DNA from: Guillardia theta CCMP2712
Taxonomy: Eukaryota; Protista; Cryptophyta
Length of the DNA: 64,000 nucleotides
Direction: 5' to 3'
Assembly: GCF_000315625.1 (NCBI RefSeq)
Contig: NW_005434596.1
Coordinates: forward strand, 107,173 to 171,172
Position numbers and translations under genes: made by a program. The notes below the pieces were generated by a model that saw only the letters and a program-made list of their open reading frames with translations, searched no databases and was not told where the DNA came from. Each line of letters opens with the position of its first letter. Position 1 is the stretch's first letter. Shown piece by piece: positions 57,156 to 64,000 of the stretch.

Positions 57156-58093
57156 TCACTCAACCTGAAACTCAACTTTCACGTCCAGCTCCTCGATCCC
57201 TCCTTGTAGCACGTCTCCTCTTCGCACAGGCCCCACACCCTCTGGCGTTCCTGTACGGAAGTGTTCATCCCAGCATTGGGCGGGCCAATCACCTAGCACG
57301 CTCACTCACCAGTGAGGATGAGATCTCCTTCCTCCAGCGTGTGCACAGAGCTGATGGCGGAGATGAGCTGAGGGATGGGGAAGATCATCAAGGATGTCGA
57401 TCCCCTCTGTCTTTCCACTTGGTTCACTTTGCACCAGAGAGTGAGATTGCTCGGATCTTTGACCAGGTCCTTGTGCAAGAAGGAGCCAACGGGCAAGGAG
57501 CTGTCGAAGCCCTTGCAGGCCGTCCATGGCAGCCCCTTCTGCTTGGCCTTGTCTTGCCAGGTTCTCACTGTCATGTCGAACGCCAGGCAGTATCTGTTCC
57601 AGCAGAGCTCACAGACAGAAAGAAGGGCACGAGAGGACGAACTACCCGGCCACGTGGCTCAGTGCCTCCTCTGACTTGATGTTCTTCCCTCCCCTCCCGA
57701 TGACAACCCCGAGCTCGACCTCATGATGGATCTCATCGACTCCTCTTGGGATGATGACGGGCTTCCCCGCTGTCACATAGGACGTGGTGGGCTTCAGAAA
57801 CCAGAACGGCTCGGACGGCACAGGATTGTTCCTGTGATAAGATTACAGAGCGAGGGGGTGTACATGAGCGTGCTGAGAAGTGCGTGAGGAGCAGAGAGGC
57901 ACAGAAGGGAGGAGGAGGGTGGGGAAGAGGAAAGGAGGGAAGGAGAAGAGAGGGAGCTGATGCAAGTAAGTAAGAGTGATGGCATGGTGAAGGAGGTCGG
58001 AGTAAGAGAGTCATCGTACAGTTCCATAGCATGCTTCACGTAGTTCCTTCCTATCGCCACTATCTTCTTCCCTGTACCCACGAAACCTGCCAT
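57156..58093 (-). CDS. FAHD1: Fumarylacetoacetate hydrolase domain protein (acylpyruvase/oxaloacetate decarboxylase type)
   Basis: KIVAIGRNYVKHAMEL, EPFWFLKPTTSY, IHHEVELGVVIG, YCLAFDMT.R..Q..AK.KGLPW..CKGFD, MIFPIP and TLEEGDLILTGTPEGVGPV. Confidence 0.93.
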
Positions 58094-58271
58094 TGCGACA
58101 AGATCCAAACTGGCGTCGCCCTCATCCAGTCACACTGACCGGGCCCCGGGGGGACCGGGCCCGGGCCGGCTGAGCCAGGGCAGTGCTGGCGCTTCCACTG
58201 TAAGCCTCAGTGACCGCCACCGCTCGGAGCCTCTGGCAGCCGAGTCGAGTAGCCTCAAGCCTGGCAGTCGC

Positions 58272-58500
58272 CGCCGAACTTCGGAACCTGTGGAAAGGAT
58301 GATCCGATGAGATGCAATCCAGGTCCGAGACCGTACTACGGTAACTGGCACGGCGCCGAACTTCGGAACCTGCGCCGCCAGTGGCCCGAAAGCCTGATCC
58401 GATGAGATGCAATCCAGGTCCGAGACCGTAACTGGCGCGGCGCCGAAGTTCGGAACCTGCGGCCAGTCGCCCGAAAGGATGATCCTCAATCCAGATCACG
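58272..58500. repeat. Three degenerate units of about 82-87 bp containing CCGAACTTCGG and CCGTACTACGG palindromes
   Basis: CGCCGAASTTCGGAACCTG at 58272, 58354 and 58441. GATCCGATGAGATGCAATCCAGGTCCGAGACCGTA occurs twice. Confidence 0.85.
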
Positions 58501-58598
58501 GAAGTTCACTCGGATTTTAAGTACTCTAACATTAATCAGCGGCATACAAATACATTCATAATTCCATGATCGGCGACGATCATTCAACGGTACGGTAA

Positions 58599-60567
58599 CT
58601 ATGGCCCCTGCGAGCGAGTATGGGAAGGATTGTTCTCTGTGAGCTCGGCGAATTGTCTAGTAGCGCAATCGATCCAAGCAGTTCTGACCTGACCCTTCCC
58701 CTTCACGTCGATGATATGCCTGCGGCACAATGTCGTGAGATATCAAAGTTTAAACTAGGGTCAGTCGGAATACCATGGGGGAGTCATGATGCTCTCGGAA
58801 GGGTTGTGCCCGAAGTCTAAGGACGAGTTACTTCAAGTAATGGCGATGCAATCATCTTGTTTCACCTTTGCCGCTATCACCTGCTTTCAATGGAACTGAC
58901 GTCATGCGGAGTTCTTCGCAATATCTCAATGCCGCGTCCTCTGAGAGGTGCAAGTACCCTGAGCACAAGACAAGTCAGGTGACACGACATCTGCAATTCC
59001 ATCGTCACCTGGAGAGCCACTCTGTTCCATGCGCGCTGCAGTGTTCATCGTATCTCCGAACGCACACATGGTGGGAGCAAATTGATTGCTGTCAATGTAG
59101 GCGATGGTGATTGGGCCTGTTGCGATTCCCACACGAATGATAGTCCTTCCGTTCGTCAACATCTCATTGGCGACGTCGACAGCAAATGCAGTCTGGAAGG
59201 CAAACAAGATGAGTCAAAGTTAGCCTCCAGTACAACAAGAGCTACACCCACCATCCTAGTCATTTGATCTTCAGTGATATCGCCTTCGACTGAGTTGGTG
59301 CCCGAGGCGCAGATGTAACAGTCTCCCCGCGTCTGAAATACAAGGGTAAGTCCACACCAGACAGGTCTGACTGCATGACCTCTATCTTCCTGAGATGATG
59401 TTTCACGATTAAGTCTGTGGATACGATCGTCAGCAATCAGAAAGGCTTCACATGTCTTGTCAATCATACTTTCTATCTTGCAGTGCACTTGTGTCATCCA
59501 AATTGTGATCTGCGAATGAAAAATTGAATGACATGTAAGGTTCCAAAATTATGGATTTACCTCATTGGGAGACAGCTGTGTGCATTTCTTTGTGAATCCA
59601 ACAATGTCCAGAAATAACACCTGATGACACATTAAGATTGTAGAGAAAACCAAAGCAACAAGACAAACCGTAGCAACGCTGTACTCTTCGGGAGCTGGAA
59701 GCAGTCCAGAGGCAACGATCTTGCCAGCACTTGAGCCTGTACTCCAAGTCAGCTCTGGAACTCAATTGATTGAGCTTTCAAGTACCATAAAGAACCTCAG
59801 CGGCTGAGTGCCACAGACCAACAGACATTTCGCTCTCTGACAAAGAAGGTGAGACTCTCGTTGAGAAGAACACAAGATGCAAGACCTCTGGGACTACCCC
59901 CTTCTTGCTCTCTCGTTTCAAAAGGAGCAATCATCGCATAAAAAATGCAATCATCCGAGCCGACATGAAGATCCTGTCCTAGTGTTCGAATAATTACATT
60001 CGCTTGAAATATTGTCCCATCCAATCGTTGAAGGCCAACGTTTCTGAGAGGATGCAAAAGAGATCCGGGAAGAGACCCTTGATTAAGAGCATGCCATACC
60101 CATTCTTTGTGTATTCTCCGCATTGCCGGAGGCAGGAGCTCATGAACAGTTTGCGGAAGAGAGTCAATATCCTCGCTACCCCATCCAAGCATTTTTCGTA
60201 ATCTATGATTGACATGAACAATCTTCAACTCCGATCCTTTGCATACAACCATTCCAAGGGCTCTTGCGCCTGGGCAAATAGCACTTGCAGCATTGAACGC
60301 TTGCGTGAGGATGTATTGTCTCGAATCACTGTCCGAGATCGGTTTTCGGAAATAATTGGAGGGAAGGAATCTTAAAAAATCTACGCCTATCCTTGAATAC
60401 AACCATCTCAAGGTCGAAACAGAGCTCTCGCAAGAGCCGTTCGGATTCGACCCATCGGAGTTGGAAAGCAAGCTCTTGAAGAGTTGTTTCAGAGTGTAGC
60501 CAGCAAATATCCCTACTGCGAAAACAAACGTTTGTGATTTCCCGATCTCTATCAGGTATGTATCCAT
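58599..60567 (-). CDS. Membrane-anchored PAS-domain class III nucleotide cyclase, predicted guanylyl cyclase
   Basis: N-terminal hydrophobic TFVFAVGIFAGYTL. PAS: IVHVNHRLRKMLGW...VHELLPPAMRRIH...QRLDGTIF. Cyclase: VLFLDIVGFT, KIE|TRGDCY, IRVGIATGP, CAFGDTMNTAARMEQ, IDVKGKGQVRTAW. Confidence 0.88.
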
Positions 60568-62244
60568 TCTGGTTTGTTATATGACCTCACTGTCTCACGC
60601 ACATGCAGGAGCCCTGCTTCACAGAACCGCTGCACCAGACGCTTAGTTCCAGCCTGGCGATCCAAGGGACGACGAGGAAGTGCTTCTGTGCGGATTGTTG
60701 GTATGAAGGCTCTGCAAAAACTAAGATTTCAAGAAAGGAAAGCTCAACTCGCCACTCGATTTCAAAGGATAAAGCAAGGAGATAATAGAGTTGGCCATGA
60801 AGGCAAAGGAGGCAGGGGGAAGGGGAAGGTAAATGAAGAAGACGAACAACCAAAGGTGGTGTGTGCGTGAGGAGGGGCAGGGGGGGGGGGATGAACAAGG
60901 CTAACAAACCGACGATAGTATGGTCGTCACGACAGATCAAATCCTGAACAGATCTAAAGGAAAAATGCGAATACATCACATCATGGTTGGGGAAAGGACC
61001 AAGAGCGCTTAACGATGTCAGGGAGGAATTATTTCTCAGAACACGAGTTCAAGAAAAGCCGCTACATGCCTCAGAAACTGAAAAAGATGCAAAGGGCAAA
61101 AGCGGACAATTCATCTAGTAGAGGAAGGGCGGGGGGAGAGGGACGACATCGGAGCATGGAGCAGGCAGGGGGCGAGCGGGGAGGGAGGTGGAGGGACAGC
61201 GGGAGTTGGGGTGCGGAAGGATGAGGGTCATGTTGTGACCGATGTGAAATGAAGGGCATGCAGCAGGGGTGGGGGTCGATGAAATCTGTTCTACAAGGGT
61301 AGGGTACTCAACTACTCACTTTGTGTGGGTGGGTACTTCAATGTCTACATGGGTCATAATAAATCAGTACCTATTTAAGGGGTACACAGCCGAAAAATGA
61401 TCGTTCTACGGGTGGGTACCACACTGTCTACGGGTAGGTTTACAGTCATATCCACATTGAGAAGAGATGTGGTTTGAAGATAGGTGAATACTGGGGTACT
61501 GGGATCTCTAAATTGGTGACATCGAGTTCATGGGGGTGGGGGTGGTAACCATGTTCAACATGCCATGAAGAGGTCTTTGCTTACATGGGGTCATACCTCT
61601 CGGAAATGAGGTAGGTGGGGTAGGTAAGGAAACTGATCTCGAACGGGGTAGTTCACTATAGAAAGGACGGGTGAATGACACCCATTCCTACTCTTGGGGC
61701 TGTGATTTGACTACATGATGGTCGTTGGGATGACCGGTGCAGGAACACGTCGAAAAGGGGTGGTGATGGGAAGTAAACGACGTGGTAGGGTCCTTTGGAA
61801 GACTTGAAAGAAGTGGTTTTGAAGATGGGGGGTAAACAAGAAGTATTTTATTCCATCTTAAAAAAGGTTTTAAAAGAACTCCGCCGTGAACCAACTTGAT
61901 TTCAAAACTTCCCGTGTTTGAGAGAAACGAAGAGACTCATTCTCGTCAAGAAGTCATACATCGTCATGGAGTGGTTCACAGGCTCGCCTCAAAGTTGTAA
62001 TTCTTGTTGAATTCTATTGGTATCGAGCTCGCCCCAGTGATTTACTAGAACATCTCTTTTAGACAGAGCTTATTATTACCATAGCATGGTGCTGTTTTCA
62101 ACGTCCGAAGCCCATTCTCGGAATGCACAAGCCTCTTGTTTACTACAGCACTCTCTGGCAAGAAGTATTATAAATGGTCACGGACTACGCGCAAGTGCCC
62201 CTTGTGGATACCCTACTACCACGCCGGATTTCCGGTTGCTCCTG

Positions 62245-62332
62245 CGGATACTGTCACGTACCGTCACGAGTACTATCACGAGTATACTTGCGGATACTTG
62301 ATCGGATACTGATTCGGATACTCTCGGATGCT
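62245..62332 (+). promoter_or_regulatory. Cluster of CGGATACT direct repeats immediately upstream of the FkbM ATG
   Basis: CGGATACT four times plus CGGATGCT, which contains the ATG. CACGAGTA twice. Confidence 0.45.
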
Positions 62333-63275
62333 CTCCGACTTCATGCAGGCATCAGGCAAGTCAACAGGGTCAGCGGAGGGCTCCCGGCATGGGCGGCTGA
62401 TGTTCGACATAGGAGCTCATATCGGTCAGAGTGCCAGCTACTTCCTCGGCCATGGCTTCAAGGTCGTTGCTGTGGAGGCGAACCCAGAGGCATGCAAGAG
62501 GATACGTGAGAGTTTTTGTGCTTTCCTCGATAGCGGGCAGCTCGTGTTGGAGGAGAAGGCAGTGTGGAGGGAGCATGGGAGGAAGATAGACTTCTATGTG
62601 AATGAGGAGGACTCGGAGTGGAGCTCGGTCTTCCAAGCAGTGGGAGGAAGATTCGATACAGAGTGCCGCGTGTTTTCAGTAGAGACATGCACTATGTTTA
62701 GCCTGTATGAGACCTACGGATGTCCGCAGTACATCAAGGTGGACATCGAAGGAGGGGATGAGATGTGCTTGCAGCAGCTGAAGGATCTCCGCCCTCCCGA
62801 GATCCTCTCGTTTGAGTGCAACTCGTTGAGTTGGGTGGGAATGGCGCAGGAGCTGGGGTACGATGCGTTCAAGCTCGTACCCCAAAGCTCCTTCCTGGCC
62901 GAGGGTGTCGAGTGGTCGCACAGAGTATGGCACAGTGGACCAGAGGGGGACGAGGCGCTGAACGTTGATGGGGACAAGAGCTGGTGCTCAAGGGAGGAGC
63001 TGGAGGAGCAAATCCGGGATCGGTTCGTCGTGCACAGCAGCACAGGAGTAGACGAGTTCCTACGGTCGGCAAGACCGTTCATGCAGCATGACTTTGCGGT
63101 GCTGCAGGCTGTCTTTCCCATCGAGTCCAAGGACGAGCAGGAATGGTACGACATCTACTGCACAATGAAGAGAAACCGGAGGAAGGAAGGGCGGTGGGAA
63201 AGGGAAAGTGAGAAAGAAGGGGAGAGGGAGGGGAGAGAAAGGCAGAGACAAAGACGGGAGGGCGAGACAGGATAG
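62328..63275 (+). CDS. FkbM-family SAM-dependent methyltransferase, intronless
   Basis: MFDIGAHIGQSA, VVAVEANP, EKAVW, FYVN, YIKVDIEGGDEMCL and SFE. Confidence 0.88.
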   Translation: MLSDFMQASGKSTGSAEGSRHGRLMFDIGAHIGQSASYFLGHGFKVVAVEANPEACKRIRESFCAFLDSGQLVLEEKAVWREHGRKIDFYVNEEDSEWSSVFQAVGGRFDTECRVFSVETCTMFSLYETYGCPQYIKVDIEGGDEMCLQQLKDLRPPEILSFECNSLSWVGMAQELGYDAFKLVPQSSFLAEGVEWSHRVWHSGPEGDEALNVDGDKSWCSREELEEQIRDRFVVHSSTGVDEFLRSARPFMQHDFAVLQAVFPIESKDEQEWYDIYCTMKRNRRKEGRWERESEKEGEREGRERQRQRREGETG

Positions 63276-63309
63276 CTTAGGAGCTTGCAATACAATGAGT
63301 GCAGAGGAG

Positions 63310-63850
63310 GAACGAGACGTCATCTGCTCTGCCTCACTAGCTCAAGAATCTCTTCCGCCTTGCTTACATCGTTAGATCCTCGCACCGTGGCGCCCAGACC
63401 TCACCTGCTTGCTGGCCTCATCCTTCATCCTCTGCTGGCGGACTATCATGGAGGAGCGAAGGTTTTTCAGCCTCTCGAGATCGCTCCTTGATCCCGCAGG
63501 GGTCTCCTCCTTCCCGTCCTTCTTTCGAACCAGAAGGAAAAAGTCTGTCGGGTCTTCGATGTCCTTGAAAGAGCTGACGGCGCGCTGAAGGAGAGAGAGG
63601 ACGAATAGGGAGAAGAAACGAGGAGGAGGAGGAGGAGGAGGAAGCAAACGAGGACGAGGAGGAGGAGGAGGAGGAGGAGGAGGAGGAGGCAAACGAGGAC
63701 GAAGATGAGGGCAGAGAAAAGGCGGGATGCCGTTAGTGGAAGAACGAAAAGGAGAAGAAGGGGTGAAGTTACTCCGCTCTTGCCGGACACGAGATTCAGC
63801 ATGTTGACTTGTTGTCGGGGCTGGGGATCAAGCTGTTGCCAGATGGCCTG
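63310..63850 (-). CDS. 3' exons of a hypothetical protein that begins beyond the window end
   Basis: AIWQQLDPQPRQQVNMLNLVSGKS and RAVSSFKDIEDPTDFFLLVRKKDG...RQQRMKDEASKQ, with splice signals. Confidence 0.45.
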
Positions 63851-64000
63851 AGAGGGGGAGAAGTCAATGATAGACAAGTGGGGAGGTGGTGGTGGTAGTG
63901 ATGGTGATGATGATGAGGATGATAACGATGATGATGATGATGAGCAGGAGGAGGAGGAAGATAAGATGGAGAGACAAAGAGAAAGATAGAGAGAAAGGGG

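Noticed and set aside
58272-58500. Hammerhead ribozyme or CRISPR-like array
   Set aside because: No CUGAnGA-stem-GAAA core on either strand. The units are degenerate tandem repeats without unique spacers, and no cas genes are present.

Overview
Gene-dense eukaryotic nuclear DNA with many short GT-AG introns (about 45-55 nt), many of them expanded by pure polypurine or polypyrimidine microsatellites. The intron style and the co-occurrence of RWP-RK and Zn(II)2Cys6 genes suggest a cryptophyte alga such as Guillardia or Hanusia (inference, not tested). Genes recognised by splicing exons by eye, in order: thiM (5' part), an EF-hand-like/2xPDZ protein, a nocturnin-like EEP phosphatase, DPAGT1/ALG7, a four-copy intronless NmrA-like cluster, an Sfi1-like protein, an OSCA/TMEM63 channel, CCZ1, an orphan Pro-rich Cys/His-finger ORF, an RWP-RK factor, DXO/RAI1, a PH-domain protein, two triple-Zn2Cys6 genes plus a relic, an RluA-family pseudouridine synthase, FAHD1, a membrane-anchored FixL-like PAS guanylyl cyclase and an FkbM methyltransferase. 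There is one 100-N scaffold gap. Four observations stand out. (i) A conserved non-coding vocabulary sits in gene-head spacers: a 31-bp CCTCGTACTGATTTTTAACTTAACTTTGAGT motif (6 copies), CCG-N5-CGG palindromes and GC-only palindromic tracts, near duplicated Zn-cluster genes whose family binds CGG. (ii) The NmrA amplification has CDS-limited homogenisation, and one copy has captured an intron-containing NHL-repeat gene fragment. (iii) The PAS cyclase is a candidate heme gas-sensing cGMP enzyme. (iv) Convergent genes have touching or overlapping stop codons. No rRNA, tRNA, CRISPR array or transposase was recognised. Exon boundaries are manual and approximate.
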